Below are positions 41,604 through 52,426 of a stretch of 64,000 nt of DNA, in pieces. Numbering within the stretch: the first letter of the stretch is position 1; each line of letters starts with the position of its first letter. Under the pieces are notes generated by a model that did no database searches, had not been told where the DNA came from, and saw only the letters and a list, made by a program, of their open reading frames with translations. This stretch comes from Blastocatellia bacterium (GTDB lineage: Bacteria; Acidobacteriota; Blastocatellia; HR10; J050), in NCBI GenBank assembly GCA_025054955.1, contig JANWZE010000108.1:13830-77829 (forward strand). Reading direction: 5' to 3'. Made by a program: the position numbers and the translations under genes.

Positions 41604-42848
41604 ATGATTTCAGTGGACGAAGCTCAACGCATGATTCTTGATCGCGTCCCCGTGTTACCGACTGAGATCGTTGCGTTGTCGGAGACGACAGGTCGCATAC
41701 TGCGGCAAGACATCTACGCCGACATGGACATGCCGCCATTTGATCGCGCGCGCATGGATGGTTATGCGCTGCGAGCTGCTGACCTCGCCATTGTGCCCGC
41801 TCGATTGCGTGTGCTTGGCCAACTAGCAGCAGGTCAGCAATTCGACGGTCAGGTGGGACCCGGTCAAGCCGTCCGTATTATGACCGGCGCGCCAGTGCCA
41901 GACGGCGCCGACGCCGTGCAGAAAGTTGAAGCAACGGCAACCGACCAACAGACGGTCACGATTTACGAATCAGTCAAGGTCGGCCAGTTCATCACACCTC
42001 GCGGCAGCGAAGCGACACGCGGCCAACACTTGATTGCCGCAGGCCAGCGCATTACTCCTGCCGACATCGCCGTGATGGCGACGTTTGGCTATGCCCAGGT
42101 GCGCGTTTCCCAATCGCTAACCGTCAACGTATTATCAACAGGCAACGAATTGGTTGAAGTCAACCAAACGCCTTCCATCGCCCAAATCCGCAACTCCAAT
42201 GGCTATGCGTTGCGCAGCTACCTTGATCAACTTGGCGCGCGCAGTAGCTTCCTGGGCATCGTGCCCGATGATGAAGAACTGATCTTGCAGCGCATCAAGG
42301 CGGCGCTGCCACAATGTGACGTCTTGATCCTCTCCGGCGGCGTTTCGATGGGCGACTATGATCTGGTCAAACATGCGCTCCGACGGCTTGGCGCCGATAT
42401 TGTGTTCGACCGCGTCTGCATTCATCCGGGTAAACCAACGGTCTTCGCCCTGCTGGAGCACAAGCCCGTTTTTGCGTTGCCGGGTAATCCTGTATCGGTA
42501 GCTGTGACGTTTCTTAACTTTGTCTACCCGGCGCTCAACAAGATGATGGGCGCCCGCGACATCTTCCTGCCAAGTTTCAGGGCAATCCTTGAAGCAGACG
42601 CCAAGCACGCGCCGGACCGACGCAGCTATTTGCCAGGTCGTTTGACCAGCCGAGAGGGGCAGCTCACGGTCGCACCGCTCAGATGGGGCGGCTCCTCGGA
42701 CCTCATTGCCTTCCGACACGCCAACGCTTTGATCATCGTGCCTGAAGGCCTTTCGCTCATTCAAGCCGGCCAACTGTGTCACACCATCCTAATTCCTCAC
42801 ATGTCATGGGCGAGCGCCGCCGCCAAAGAGAGCCAACCAATCAGGTGA
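41604..42848 (+). CDS. moeA: Molybdopterin molybdotransferase MoeA
   Basis: MoeA N-, MoCF-biosynthesis and C-terminal domains (…[11 protein letters not shown]…, …[11 protein letters not shown]…). AAGGTG upstream of ATG 41604; the ORF begins at 41535. Confidence 0.85.
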   Translation: MISVDEAQRMILDRVPVLPTEIVALSETTGRILRQDIYADMDMPPFDRARMDGYALRAADLAIVPARLRVLGQLAAGQQFDGQVGPGQAVRIMTGAPVPDGADAVQKVEATATDQQTVTIYESVKVGQFITPRGSEATRGQHLIAAGQRITPADIAVMATFGYAQVRVSQSLTVNVLSTGNELVEVNQTPSIAQIRNSNGYALRSYLDQLGARSSFLGIVPDDEELILQRIKAALPQCDVLILSGGVSMGDYDLVKHALRRLGADIVFDRVCIHPGKPTVFALLEHKPVFALPGNPVSVAVTFLNFVYPALNKMMGARDIFLPSFRAILEADAKHAPDRRSYLPGRLTSREGQLTVAPLRWGGSSDLIAFRHANALIIVPEGLSLIQAGQLCHTILIPHMSWASAAAKESQPIR

Positions 42849-42859
42849 CAAAAGCGATC

Positions 42860-43384
42860 ATGCGACAACGCAGGACAGATAAGCAACAACTCAGTCATGC
42901 CGACGAAATAGGCCGAATCAAGATGGTCAATGTTGGATCGAAGCCAATCACTGAGCGCACAGCGGTGGCCAGCGGCTTCGTGCGCATGAGCGCTGACACG
43001 CTGGAGGCAATCCGAGCGCACCAAACGCCGAAAGGGGACCCACTGGAAACAGCACGAGTAGCTGGTATCATGGCAGCCAAACGGACAGCCGAGCTGATTC
43101 CACTGTGTCACCCGCTGATGCTGACACACATTGACGTGCAATTACAGTTGCAGCAAACCGGCATCGCCATTACCGCAGAAGCCAGCACATCGGCGCAAAC
43201 AGGCGTTGAGATGGAAGCATTGACCGCTGTAGCGGTGGCGGCGCTGACGCTTTATGACATGTGCAAAGCTGTAGACAAGAACATGGTCATCGGCCAGATT
43301 CGGCTGGAGAAAAAAACCGGCGGGCAGTCAGGCGAATATCTCCGAGCTGCGTCCTTGAACGAACCCGAAGTTGAAGTCGGTTGA
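42860..43384 (+). CDS. moaC: Cyclic pyranopterin monophosphate synthase MoaC
   Basis: …[21 protein letters not shown]… and the conserved …[15 protein letters not shown]… core. Start at ATG 42860, just after the moeA stop. Confidence 0.85.
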   Translation: MRQRRTDKQQLSHADEIGRIKMVNVGSKPITERTAVASGFVRMSADTLEAIRAHQTPKGDPLETARVAGIMAAKRTAELIPLCHPLMLTHIDVQLQLQQTGIAITAEASTSAQTGVEMEALTAVAVAALTLYDMCKAVDKNMVIGQIRLEKKTGGQSGEYLRAASLNEPEVEVG

Positions 43385-43539
43385 TCCATTGATAGCCATT
43401 TTCAATTGCCTTTATCTGCGAGCGCCCACAAACGGGCGCGTTGATGCCTGGTAGCAGGCGTCGCGGCGTAAATGAATTGGCAAACCGCTCCAGATACGGC
43501 AGAGTTAATGTCTCTTCCCCACCAGAGGAGTTGTTCATG

Positions 43540-44095
43540 CCGTCGGTGACGACGCACGCAAAAGATGAGAACGAATCACAAGGCGGAAGCGCCTGTGCCG
43601 CATTCTCAGGGGAATCGCTCATGAGCTCCGCGCACGCCACGAACCATGCAAATGGTTATTTGCAGAGGGATCGCCGTTATGCTCCGCGCACGCCACGAAT
43701 CATGAAAATGGTTATTTTCAGAGGAATCGCCGTTATGCTTCGCGCACGCCACGAACCATGAAAATGGTTATTAGCAGAGGAGTCGGGCGGCCACGGCGAG
43801 CCGCCCGTACAGGGTGGCTGTGGGCCCGCGTTTTTGCCAGGAAAGCGGGCCGGCCTGTATGGGGGCCTCGCTGTGGGCCCCCGCGTCGAATGCGTGTGAG
43901 TGGATAGGACCGAATTCTTCAACCCGCAACAATCGGTACTGTCCATCTGTGTTCATCAGTGGTGTTTCCGAGGGATTGCTCAAATGTTATTTTCACGGGA
44001 ATCGCTCATGGGCTGACGCACGCCACGAATGATGAAAAGACAATTCTTTCGTGAGGTTCGTGTGTTTCGTGGGCGATTTTGAGAGGAGAATAGAC
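43540..44095. repeat. Repeat-rich non-coding region: three tandem ~57-bp units (…cgcgcacgccacgaaYcatgMaaatggttattNgcagaggRatcgccgttatgc…), a GC-rich structured segment, and a terminal copy of the shared 40-bp motif attctttcgtgaRSKtcgtgtgtttcgtgggcKattttgag
   Basis: Read directly. The terminal motif at 44043-44083 is nearly identical to the one at 37643-37684. Confidence 0.6.
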
Positions 44096-44200
44096 CGGGC
44101 GGATAGTTACATCAGATTTGACGACCACCCACGCTGACTACCTGGCCACCGCACACCGATTTTTTTCTCTGTCAGAATCGGTGTAATCTGTGGCTTTAGT

Positions 44201-45559
44201 TCATCGTCTCTGGGCGTCTCCAACCTCCATGAACAACTCTTCCATAAAAGCAGTCGACAAGTTGCCGGCGATGAAATCCGGATGATTCAATATCCCCAGA
44301 TGCAGCGGAATCGTCGTCTTGATCCCTTCCACAGCAAATCCGTTCAGCACTCGCTTCATCCGCGCAATCGCTTCCTCCCGATGACGACCGCGCACAATCA
44401 CCTTCGCAACGAGCGAATCGTAATACGGCGGAACCCTGTAGCCAGGATATAGCGCCGTATCAATCCGCACACCCGGCCCACCTGGGATCGTCACCGCCGT
44501 TACCAGCCCAGGCGATGGACGAAATGTCTCCGGGTCTTCAGCATTGATGCGACATTCAATCGCATGCCCCCACAACGACACTTGATCTTGGACAAACTCC
44601 AGTGGCTCGCCCGCCGCCACGCGTATTTGCGCCCGCACCAAATCAGCATTGACCACCATCTCAGTCACCGGGTGCTCCACCTGAATCCGCGTGTTCATCT
44701 CCATGAAGTAAAACTGCTCGCCGTCAAACAAAAATTCCATCGTGCCCGCATTCGTATAACCAACTTCGCGCGCCGCTTTGGCGGCCAATCCGCCAATGTA
44801 GGCGCGCATCTCAGGCGTCATGACAACCGAGGGCGATTCCTCCAGTAGCTTCTGATGCCGACGCTGAATTGAACATTCGCGCTCGCCCAGATGCACGACG
44901 TGGCCGCGTTCATCAGCCATGATCTGAATTTCAATGTGTCGCGGGCGTTCCAGATACTTTTCAATGTAGACCCCACCATCACCAAATGCAGCGAGAGCTT
45001 CAGCGCGAGCCGATTCTAACGCACCAGCTAACTCGGCTTCGGATCGCACAATACGCATACCGCGCCCACCGCCGCCAGCCGTCGCTTTGATGATCACCGG
45101 CCACCCGATACGCTGAATCGCCGCCAACGCCTGCTCATAATCTTCAACAATCTGATCGCTGCCAGGCAGGATGGGTAATCCAGCGGCTTTCATCGCTTCA
45201 CGCGCACGGGCCTTGTCACCCATGAGACGAATCAGTTCCGGCGGAGGACCGATGAACTTGATGTTGCAAGCATGGCAGATTTCAGCAAAATGCGCGTTCT
45301 CGGCAAGAAATCCATAGCCCGGATGAATCGCATCCACGTCGCTGATCTCGGCCGCGCTGATCACCGCCGGAATGCTCAGGTAACTTTGTGACGCCGGAGG
45401 CGGCCCGATGCAAATCGCCCGATCAGCCAATTGCACATGCAAGGCATCACGGTCAGCTTCAGAAAAAACTGCCACCGTCTCAATGCCCAGCTCCTGACAG
45501 GCCCAAATCACTCGGCAAGCGATTTCACCTCGATTGGCTACTAATACACGTTTGAACAT
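44201..45559 (-). CDS. accC: Acetyl-CoA carboxylase biotin carboxylase subunit
   Basis: [14 protein letters not shown]… ATP-grasp biotin carboxylase. The 46-aa N-terminal extension in the ORF track (…[22 protein letters not shown]…) is a translation of the heptamer repeat, not protein. Confidence 0.9.
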   Translation of the reverse strand: MFKRVLVANRGEIACRVIWACQELGIETVAVFSEADRDALHVQLADRAICIGPPPASQSYLSIPAVISAAEISDVDAIHPGYGFLAENAHFAEICHACNIKFIGPPPELIRLMGDKARAREAMKAAGLPILPGSDQIVEDYEQALAAIQRIGWPVIIKATAGGGGRGMRIVRSEAELAGALESARAEALAAFGDGGVYIEKYLERPRHIEIQIMADERGHVVHLGERECSIQRRHQKLLEESPSVVMTPEMRAYIGGLAAKAAREVGYTNAGTMEFLFDGEQFYFMEMNTRIQVEHPVTEMVVNADLVRAQIRVAAGEPLEFVQDQVSLWGHAIECRINAEDPETFRPSPGLVTAVTIPGGPGVRIDTALYPGYRVPPYYDSLVAKVIVRGRHREEAIARMKRVLNGFAVEGIKTTIPLHLGILNHPDFIAGNLSTAFMEELFMEVGDAQRR

Positions 45560-45830
45560 AGCTCGTGGTCCGTGATCCGTGGTCCGTGATTCGTGATCCG
45601 TGGTATGTGATTCGTGGTCCGTGACTCGTGATTCGTGGTCCGTGATCCGGCGCCCGTAATCCGTGATTCGTGATCTGTGATTCAACTTGGGAGCCACGCG
45701 CTACATTCCAGGAACCACGATCCACAAACCACGGATCATGATTCACAAACCACGAACCACGAGCCACGAATCACGGTCTACGATTCACGATTCACGAACC
45801 ACGAGCCACGAATCACGAACTCGGTTTGAT
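45560..45830. repeat. Palindromic array with 7-bp periodicity (~19 GTGRTYC-type heptamers, core tgtgattcaacttgggagcca, then reverse-complement heptamers) filling the accB-accC spacer
   Basis: Read directly. Same architecture and central core as the element at 25062-25200. Confidence 0.65.
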
Positions 45831-46325
45831 TGCAAACAATGGCTGGCCGTATTCAACCGGCTGGCCGTTTTCCACAAGTATACTCATCACCTCGCCGGCC
45901 ACATCTGAAGGCACTTCGTTCATCAACTTCATCGCCTCGACGATGCAGAGGACCGTACCACGTTCAACACGGTCGCCAACCTGCACAAATGGCGCTGCTG
46001 TGGGACTCGGCGAGCGATAAAATGTGCCGACCATCGGCGAGCGAATCAAGTGCAGGTCAACATCAGCCACAACGCCGGTTGTTTCCGGTTGCAAAGCCGG
46101 CACGGGTTGTTGCGTCGGGACCACGTCTGCTGTCGCCGGTGACACAACAGGCCCGGATGCCACCATCGGCATCGGTGGCGCAGGGGCCGGCCCTGCCGCA
46201 GGTGGCGGCGGTGGCGTGTGCATTCGCTTGATGCGCAGCCTGAAATCACCGCGCTCCAGTTCGAATTCGGCAAATCGTTTTTCGTCTACCAACCGAATGA
46301 GTTGTTTGATCTCGTTTAAGTCCAT
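45813..46325 (-). CDS. accB: Acetyl-CoA carboxylase biotin carboxyl carrier protein
   Basis: Biotinyl-lysine motif …[12 protein letters not shown]… and a Pro/Ala-rich linker. Start at ATG 46325. Confidence 0.85.
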   Translation of the reverse strand: MDLNEIKQLIRLVDEKRFAEFELERGDFRLRIKRMHTPPPPPAAGPAPAPPMPMVASGPVVSPATADVVPTQQPVPALQPETTGVVADVDLHLIRSPMVGTFYRSPSPTAAPFVQVGDRVERGTVLCIVEAMKLMNEVPSDVAGEVMSILVENGQPVEYGQPLFAIKPSS

Positions 46326-46453
46326 AATGACCTCGCCCGTTTGCGCTAGGGCGCGCGCTGTGTCACCAAGCATGACCGCGACAACACGATCAATTCCTTC
46401 GATCCAGCCGATGCCCCACTACCACACAACATCAAGCAAGCTCCAGATGACCG

Positions 46454-47569
46454 CTACAACACGATCAATTCCTTCGATGCGGGTGTCAAGACCTGGCAAC
46501 CTGTCTCCATCACCAACACCATGTCTTCAATGCGAACGCCACCCCATTCGGGCAGATAAATACCCGGCTCGACCGTCACCACAGCGCCCGCCGGCACCCG
46601 CCCATCGGCTGTCTTGGCCAAGCGCGGCGCTTCGTGCACTTGCAGCCCGATACCATGCCCTGTGCTATGCCGATACTGATCACCAAAGCCAGCAGCAGTA
46701 ATGACATCACGGGCCAGCGCATCAATCGCCTTGCATTCCATGCCGGCGCGCATATTTTCTTCGCAATGAAGTTGCGCTTGCAAGACTGTTTGATAGATCT
46801 GCCGGGCGCGAGCATCCGGCGTGCCAACATACACGGTTCGGGTCATGTCGCTGCAATAACCGTCCAGCACGATGCCAAAATCGAAGACGATGAATCCCTG
46901 GCCAATCCGTTTGTCTGATGCTACACCGTGCGGCATAGCCGAACGCTCACCCGACGCGACAATCGTATCAAACGACATTTTCTCAGCGCCACGTTGGCGC
47001 AAACGATATTCCAGCTCTGCTGCCAACTCGCACTCCCGCACACCGGGCTTGATCTGATCAATCAATGTCTGAAAAACCTCTGCGGTTAGCTCAATCGCCC
47101 GACGAAGCCGCTGCACTTCTTCCGGCTCTTTGACCATACGCAGCGATTCCACAATCTGGCTGGTCGGCACCCAATGAACGTTTCCTTCCACCTGTGACAA
47201 CAGGTGATTGAGTTGCTGATAGGTGAGAGCCGCTGACTCGAATCCAACTCGTTGCACGTGAGCGCGCTCAATCACCTGCCCGACCGTCTTGAAATAGGAT
47301 TCTTCCACAAGAACAATCGGGTTTGCGACTTGCTGACTGGCTTGAGTCAGGTAGCGCGAATCGGTGATCAATACGGTCTCCGCCAGCGAAAGCAACAGCA
47401 TCGCCGTGCTGCCGGTAAAGCCCGTCAGATAGCGGATATTAGGCGTTTCTGTGACCAACAGCGCATCCAAGCGTAGCTGTTGCATCTGCTGGCGGACGCG
47501 CTCTTGACGTTCACGCGTTGATTGACTTTGCTGCGTTGATGGCTGCTGGTTCATAGAAAAATGCCCCAA
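46454..47569 (-). CDS. pepP: Xaa-Pro aminopeptidase (M24B)
   Basis: Creatinase-like N-terminal domain plus M24 metal-ligand motifs (…HGIGLQVHE…). Confidence 0.8.
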   Translation of the reverse strand: MGHFSMNQQPSTQQSQSTRERQERVRQQMQQLRLDALLVTETPNIRYLTGFTGSTAMLLLSLAETVLITDSRYLTQASQQVANPIVLVEESYFKTVGQVIERAHVQRVGFESAALTYQQLNHLLSQVEGNVHWVPTSQIVESLRMVKEPEEVQRLRRAIELTAEVFQTLIDQIKPGVRECELAAELEYRLRQRGAEKMSFDTIVASGERSAMPHGVASDKRIGQGFIVFDFGIVLDGYCSDMTRTVYVGTPDARARQIYQTVLQAQLHCEENMRAGMECKAIDALARDVITAAGFGDQYRHSTGHGIGLQVHEAPRLAKTADGRVPAGAVVTVEPGIYLPEWGGVRIEDMVLVMETGCQVLTPASKELIVL

Positions 47570-47613
47570 CTATCAACCCGGATAGTTGAGGCAGCACTGT
47601 TGAGAACATCGGT

Positions 47614-48099
47614 TTAGCGAGTCTGTTTCTTCTTGTCGTCTTTGGTAGTGGCCGGCCTGTCAACCAACTCAATCAATGCCATATCCGCGCCATCGCCTTT
47701 GCGCCAACCGAGTTTGACAATGCGCGTGTAACCGCCCGGACGCTCCATAAAGCGAGGCCCGATTTCATCAAACAGCTTTTTCAGCGCCAGCGGCGCGCCG
47801 GTCCGGTCAATGATTCGCTTTGAACCGCCATGAGGCTTGAAACGAATCTCGCCGTGGCCGCCGATGAAATAGCGGGCCGCCAGCCGTCGGTAATTGAGCG
47901 TTTGTGCCGGCGTCTGAGCTGCCAGGCCGCGCTTGGCCAGCGTAATGGCGCGTTCGGCAAATGGACGGAGTTCTTTGGCCTTGGCCAGCGTGGTGATGAC
48001 TCGCTCTTTAATCATCAACGAGGTACATAGGTTGCGAAGCAGCGCCTTGCGATGCTCCGACGTGCGTCCCAGTTTGCGATGTGCCACCCTGTGTCTCAT
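47614..48099 (-). CDS. rplQ: 50S ribosomal protein L17
   Basis: [24 protein letters not shown]…. The start is internal to the ORF track entry. Confidence 0.9.
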   Translation of the reverse strand: MRHRVAHRKLGRTSEHRKALLRNLCTSLMIKERVITTLAKAKELRPFAERAITLAKRGLAAQTPAQTLNYRRLAARYFIGGHGEIRFKPHGGSKRIIDRTGAPLALKKLFDEIGPRFMERPGGYTRIVKLGWRKGDGADMALIELVDRPATTKDDKKKQTR

Positions 48100-48131
48100 A
48101 GTTTCACTCTCCCGGCCTGATCGCCGCCATG

Positions 48132-49127
48132 TCAAGCGCGACGGTCGGCCGCTTGCCCGGTCTCATCAATCACCATGCCCAGCCCAAGCCCCATTTTGGC
48201 CAACACATCCTTGACTTCATTGAGCGACTTGCGGCCAAAATTCTTCATCTTCAACATGTCGCTCTCTGTTTTTTTCACCAAGTCTCGGATGGTGGTGATA
48301 TTGGCGTTCTTCAGACAATTGAAGGCGCGCACCGACAATTCGATTTCATCAATCGAGCGGTTCAACAGCTCGGCCGAGATTGATGGTTTTTCGGTGATCG
48401 GTTCGGGCACCACCTCTTCCGGCTCTTCTTCTTCAAAGTTGATGAAGATGACCATGTGATCTTTGACTGTCTTGGCGGCGATGCCGATTGCATCAGCCGG
48501 ATGGATAGCGCCGTTTGTCCACACTTCAATGGTCAATTTGTCGTAATCGGTCGCTTGACCCAAGCGGGCCGGTTCAACCCGGCAATTGACCTTGCGCACC
48601 GGCGAATGAACGGAATCCACCGGAATATAGCCGACCGGCAAATCGTCATCGAAGTTCTGCTCAGCGGGAACGTAGCCGCGTCCCCACTTGAGTCGCATTT
48701 CAATGTTGAGCGAGCCGCCTTCGGCCACAGTGCCAATGTAGATATCCGGGTCTAAGACTTCCACGTCGCTGTCCGTTTCAATATCACGCGAATACATTTT
48801 GCCCGGCTCCAGGCGCACGGCCCGTATAGTCTTAGGCCCCGGCCCGTGCATACGAAATGGAATGCGCTTCAAATTGAGGATCACATCGGTGGCATCTTCG
48901 ACGACGCCGGGGATTGGTGAAAACTCGTGCAGAACGCCCTCAATGCGCACGGCCGTAATGGCCGGCCCTTCGATGGACGACAGCAACGCGCGTCGGATGC
49001 TGTTGCCCACCGTCGTGCCAAATCCGCGCTCAAATGGCTGGGCATAAAACTTGCCATAGCGATCCGTCAGGGTTTCTTGCTCACAAGCTAAACGCTTCGG
49101 TTTCTGGAACCCGACCCAGTATTGCAT
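48132..49127 (-). CDS. rpoA: DNA-directed RNA polymerase subunit alpha
   Basis: 331 aa with N-terminal dimerisation domain and C-terminal alpha-CTD (…[15 protein letters not shown]…). Confidence 0.9.
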   Translation of the reverse strand: MQYWVGFQKPKRLACEQETLTDRYGKFYAQPFERGFGTTVGNSIRRALLSSIEGPAITAVRIEGVLHEFSPIPGVVEDATDVILNLKRIPFRMHGPGPKTIRAVRLEPGKMYSRDIETDSDVEVLDPDIYIGTVAEGGSLNIEMRLKWGRGYVPAEQNFDDDLPVGYIPVDSVHSPVRKVNCRVEPARLGQATDYDKLTIEVWTNGAIHPADAIGIAAKTVKDHMVIFINFEEEEPEEVVPEPITEKPSISAELLNRSIDEIELSVRAFNCLKNANITTIRDLVKKTESDMLKMKNFGRKSLNEVKDVLAKMGLGLGMVIDETGQAADRRA

Positions 49128-49142
49128 GGTTATTTCTCCACT

Positions 49143-49793
49143 TCACTTCGAGTACAGCTCAACAATGAGCTGTTCGTTAATGTCTTGTGTAATCGAATCC
49201 CGTGTCGGTAAGGCGACGACACGCCCGCGCAGGTTCTCGGCATCGGTAATCTGCAACCACGCCGGGCGACCGCGCCCACCCGACGTCTGAAACGCTTCTT
49301 GAATGTGCACGTTCTGCCGCCAGCGCGGCGCAATGGCGATTTCATCACCCGGTTGCACCTGGAACGAGGGGATGTCAACGCAACGCTCAACATCACCGCG
49401 CTTGACCATCACGTGACCATGTTCCACATGCTGCCGCGCTTGAGCACGAGAAAAGGCGAATCCCAATCGGTAAACCACATTATCCAGCCGTCGTTCCAGC
49501 AACATCAGCAAGTTTTCACCTGTCACACCCTTTTGCCGCGCCGCGCGCTGAAAGTAGCGCCGGAACTGGCGCTCCAGCACGCCATAGATGCGTCGCACTT
49601 TCTGCTTTTCCCGCAACTGCTCGCCATAGCCGATCAGACGCGCGCGACGCGCCATCCGCCCATGCTGCCCTGGCGGGAAAGTGCCTCGTTTATCAATCGC
49701 GCACGATGGCTTGTAACACCGTTCTCCTTTGAGAAACAGTTTCATGCCTTCGCGCCGACATAACCGACATTTTGCATCTCGATATGCTGCCAT
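49143..49793 (-). CDS. rpsD: 30S ribosomal protein S4 (with N-terminal Cys4 zinc finger)
   Basis: CRLCRREG…CYKPSC and the S4 domain. Confidence 0.9.
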   Translation of the reverse strand: MAAYRDAKCRLCRREGMKLFLKGERCYKPSCAIDKRGTFPPGQHGRMARRARLIGYGEQLREKQKVRRIYGVLERQFRRYFQRAARQKGVTGENLLMLLERRLDNVVYRLGFAFSRAQARQHVEHGHVMVKRGDVERCVDIPSFQVQPGDEIAIAPRWRQNVHIQEAFQTSGGRGRPAWLQITDAENLRGRVVALPTRDSITQDINEQLIVELYSK

Positions 49794-49900
49794 ATCACTC
49801 CTTTGTTCGTGAACAGTGGGCAGCAGCGAGTGGACAGGGATCAGTTCAAATTCTCACGTTGCTCTCCACTGTTCACTGTCTACTGACCACTGCCCAAAAC
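49794..49900. repeat. Hairpin-forming GTGAACAG/GTGGACAG-family element occupying a 107-bp rpsK-rpsD spacer
   Basis: gtgaacagtgggcag…gagtggacagggatcagt…cactgttcac…ctgcccaaaa. Same motif family as the 29445-29700 repeats. Confidence 0.55.
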
Positions 49901-50299
49901 CTACACACGCCGCCGCTTCGGTGGACGACAGCCATTATGTGGGATCGGCGTCACATCACGAATCACCTTCACATCAAGGCCTGCCGCGTGGACAGCGCGA
50001 ATCGCTGAATCACGGCCAGCGCCCGGTCCTTTGATCCAGACCTCACAACTGCGCATGCCAAACTGTTCACGCGCCAGCGTCGCGGCTCGCGTGGCCGCTT
50101 GTTGAGCGGCAAACGGCGTGCCTTTGCGCGACCCTTTGAAGCCCTGCGCGCCGCCGCTTGTCCATACCAATACGTTGCCATTCATATCGGTGACCGTGAC
50201 CTGGGTATTATTGAAGGTTGACTTGATATGAACGATCCCTTGCGGGATGACTTTCTTTTCCCGTTTTTTGCCGCTCCGTCGTCCTCGTTGTGTCGCCAT
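49901..50299 (-). CDS. rpsK: 30S ribosomal protein S11
   Basis: Highly similar to S11 over its length. Confidence 0.9.
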   Translation of the reverse strand: MATQRGRRSGKKREKKVIPQGIVHIKSTFNNTQVTVTDMNGNVLVWTSGGAQGFKGSRKGTPFAAQQAATRAATLAREQFGMRSCEVWIKGPGAGRDSAIRAVHAAGLDVKVIRDVTPIPHNGCRPPKRRRV

Positions 50300-50307
50300 C
50301 GTTCACC

Positions 50308-50691
50308 TCACTTCTTGCCCGGCGCTTTCTTCTTCGGCACCGTCGCGCGACGCGGCCCTTTGCGGGTACGCGCATTCGTATGCGTTCGCTGACCGCGCAC
50401 CGGCAATCCACGCCGATGCCGTAACCCTCGATAGCAGCCGATTTCAATCAATCGGCGAATATCCATTTGAATCTTTTTGCGCAGATCGCCTTCGACGTTC
50501 CCTTCCTGGTCAATCACCTGGCGAATGCGCGTCAATTCCTCGTCGGTCAGATCGCGGATTTTCTTATCCTCGCTCACATTGGCTTGCGCCAAAATGGCAG
50601 CAGACCGCGACCGTCCGATGCCAAAGATGTATGTCAGGCCAATGACCGCTCGTTTATTGGCCGGTAAATCAACCCCTGCTATTCGTGCCAT
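50308..50691 (-). CDS. rpsM: 30S ribosomal protein S13
   Basis: [10 protein letters not shown]… S13. Confidence 0.9.
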   Translation of the reverse strand: MARIAGVDLPANKRAVIGLTYIFGIGRSRSAAILAQANVSEDKKIRDLTDEELTRIRQVIDQEGNVEGDLRKKIQMDIRRLIEIGCYRGLRHRRGLPVRGQRTHTNARTRKGPRRATVPKKKAPGKK

Positions 50692-50787
50692 AATCGTCCT
50701 TCACTCAAGATTCATGCTGGCCGCACGTCGCCACGAGCGTTGATGCTACGTTGACCGACTGCCGCCCGATCATCAGATGCTGTAAGC

Positions 50788-50901
50788 TCATCCTTGCCGC
50801 TGCTTATGTTTGGGATTCACGCAGATGACGCGCACGACCCCGTGACGGTGTATGATCTTGCACTTGTCACAGATTTTTTTCACAGATGCTCGAACTTTCA
50901 T
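50788..50901 (-). CDS. rpmJ: 50S ribosomal protein L36 (zinc-binding)
   Basis: [37 protein letters not shown], 37 aa. The ORF track extends this upstream artificially. Confidence 0.85.
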   Translation of the reverse strand: MKVRASVKKICDKCKIIHRHGVVRVICVNPKHKQRQG

Positions 50902-50962
50902 AACCTGCTGCGTCTTTGTATAGAAATTTTCCTCACGAACAAGTGACCGACTATAACACCAA

Positions 50963-51751
50963 TCACCCAGCTTGTAAAGCATTGACTCGATCCGCCACTG
51001 AGTCGTCAAGCTGAGTGAGAATGATCGGTCCGTCTTCGGTGATGGCGATTGTGTGCTCAAAGTGGGCCGACGGTTTCCGATCAGCCGTCACCACTGTCCA
51101 ACCATCAGCGGCGACTTCAACCTGATGCGTCCCCAAGTTCAACATCGGCTCAATCGCCAGCACCAGTCCGGGCCGTAGCTTGGGGCCGGTGCCAGGCTTG
51201 CCGTAATTGGGCACTTGAGGGTCTTCATGCATCTTGGTGCCTACACCATGTCCACAATAGTCGCGCACAATCCCATAGCCTCGCGCTTCAGCGTATTGCT
51301 GCACAGCATAGGAAATATCGTGTAACCGATTCCCCACGCGCGCTTGTTCGATCGCCCGGTAGAGCGAGGCTTCGGTATCCGCCACCAATTGTTTTACCTC
51401 AGGCGGTGCCTCACCGACGATCACCGTCATCGCCGCATCGCCCACATAGCCACGATAGGTCGCGCCGCAATCAATGCCGATAATATCACCTTCGCGCAAC
51501 TTTCGATCCGAAGGAATGCCGTGCACAATCTCCTCATTGATCGAAGTGCACAACGACGCCGGAAATCCCCGATACCCTTTGAATGTCGGTATAGCGCCAC
51601 GCGAGCGAATCTTCCACTCAGCGTAGCGATCGAGCTCGCGCGTGGTAATTCCTGGCTCAATCATCGCCCTCAAATCGCGCAGCACTTCCGCCACGATCTG
51701 TCCGGCGTGGTGAATCTTCTCGATTTCCGATCTGGTGCGAAGCCGAATCAC
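50963..51751 (-). CDS. map: Methionine aminopeptidase type I
   Basis: M24A motifs (…HGIGTKMHE…). Confidence 0.9.
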   Translation of the reverse strand: MIRLRTRSEIEKIHHAGQIVAEVLRDLRAMIEPGITTRELDRYAEWKIRSRGAIPTFKGYRGFPASLCTSINEEIVHGIPSDRKLREGDIIGIDCGATYRGYVGDAAMTVIVGEAPPEVKQLVADTEASLYRAIEQARVGNRLHDISYAVQQYAEARGYGIVRDYCGHGVGTKMHEDPQVPNYGKPGTGPKLRPGLVLAIEPMLNLGTHQVEVAADGWTVVTADRKPSAHFEHTIAITEDGPIILTQLDDSVADRVNALQAG

Positions 51752-52404
51752 GCTGCCGCTCCCGTCACTGCTCTGAGAATATCTTCAAACACGTGATCAA
51801 CCGGTCGCCCCCCATCCACGCTGACCAGCCCGCCATGTTGCCGATAGTATTCAATCACCGGCGCGGTTTTTTCCTCATAGACATCCAATCGGCGACTAAC
51901 TGCCTCCGGCTGATCATCCGACCGATGAATCAATGGCCCGCCGCAACGATCACACTGGCCAGCCTGCTGAGGCGGCTGAAAATGCAGATTGTAAATCGCC
52001 CCACACCGCGAGCAGGTGAGCCGCCCGCCAATCCGTTTGAGTAACACGTCACGATCAGCCGTGACTTCGATCACTGTCAACTCGTTGCCCTGCTCCTGTA
52101 TCAACCGATTCAATAGCTCCGCCTGATGAACGGTGCGTGGGAACCCATCCAGAATGTACCCATTCTGACAATCAGCTCGCCGTGTGCGTTCTTGAATGAT
52201 CTCTGCCAGAATATCGTCACTGACCAATTGTCCGCTGGCCAAAATCTCTCTGACGTGTTGCCCCAGCGGTGTCTCATTCTGAGCCATCTCGCGTAACATA
52301 TCGCCGGTAGAAATCTGGGGCCAGCCAAACCGCTCGGAGAGTAATTTAGCCTGGGTTCCCTTGCCCACGCCTGGCATGCCCATCAACACGATCACTTTAG
52401 CCAC
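51748..52404 (-). CDS. adk: Adenylate kinase (Cys4 zinc LID)
   Basis: P-loop [11 protein letters not shown] and LID CSRCG…CDRCG. Confidence 0.9.
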   Translation of the reverse strand: MAKVIVLMGMPGVGKGTQAKLLSERFGWPQISTGDMLREMAQNETPLGQHVREILASGQLVSDDILAEIIQERTRRADCQNGYILDGFPRTVHQAELLNRLIQEQGNELTVIEVTADRDVLLKRIGGRLTCSRCGAIYNLHFQPPQQAGQCDRCGGPLIHRSDDQPEAVSRRLDVYEEKTAPVIEYYRQHGGLVSVDGGRPVDHVFEDILRAVTGAAA

Positions 52405-52426
52405 AGGTTCTTATGTCACCTCATCG

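Noticed and set aside
44201-45697. 498-aa accC ORF with an extra 46-aa N-terminus (…[14 protein letters not shown]…)
   Set aside because: The extension is the in-frame translation of the 7-bp-periodic repeat (3 x 7 = 21). The conserved biotin carboxylase N-terminus [14 protein letters not shown] begins at 45559.
50788-51060. 90-aa ORF annotated by the six-frame track
   Set aside because: Only the last 37 codons ([15 protein letters not shown]…) match ribosomal protein L36. The upstream part is an unconstrained read-through into the map-rpmJ spacer.
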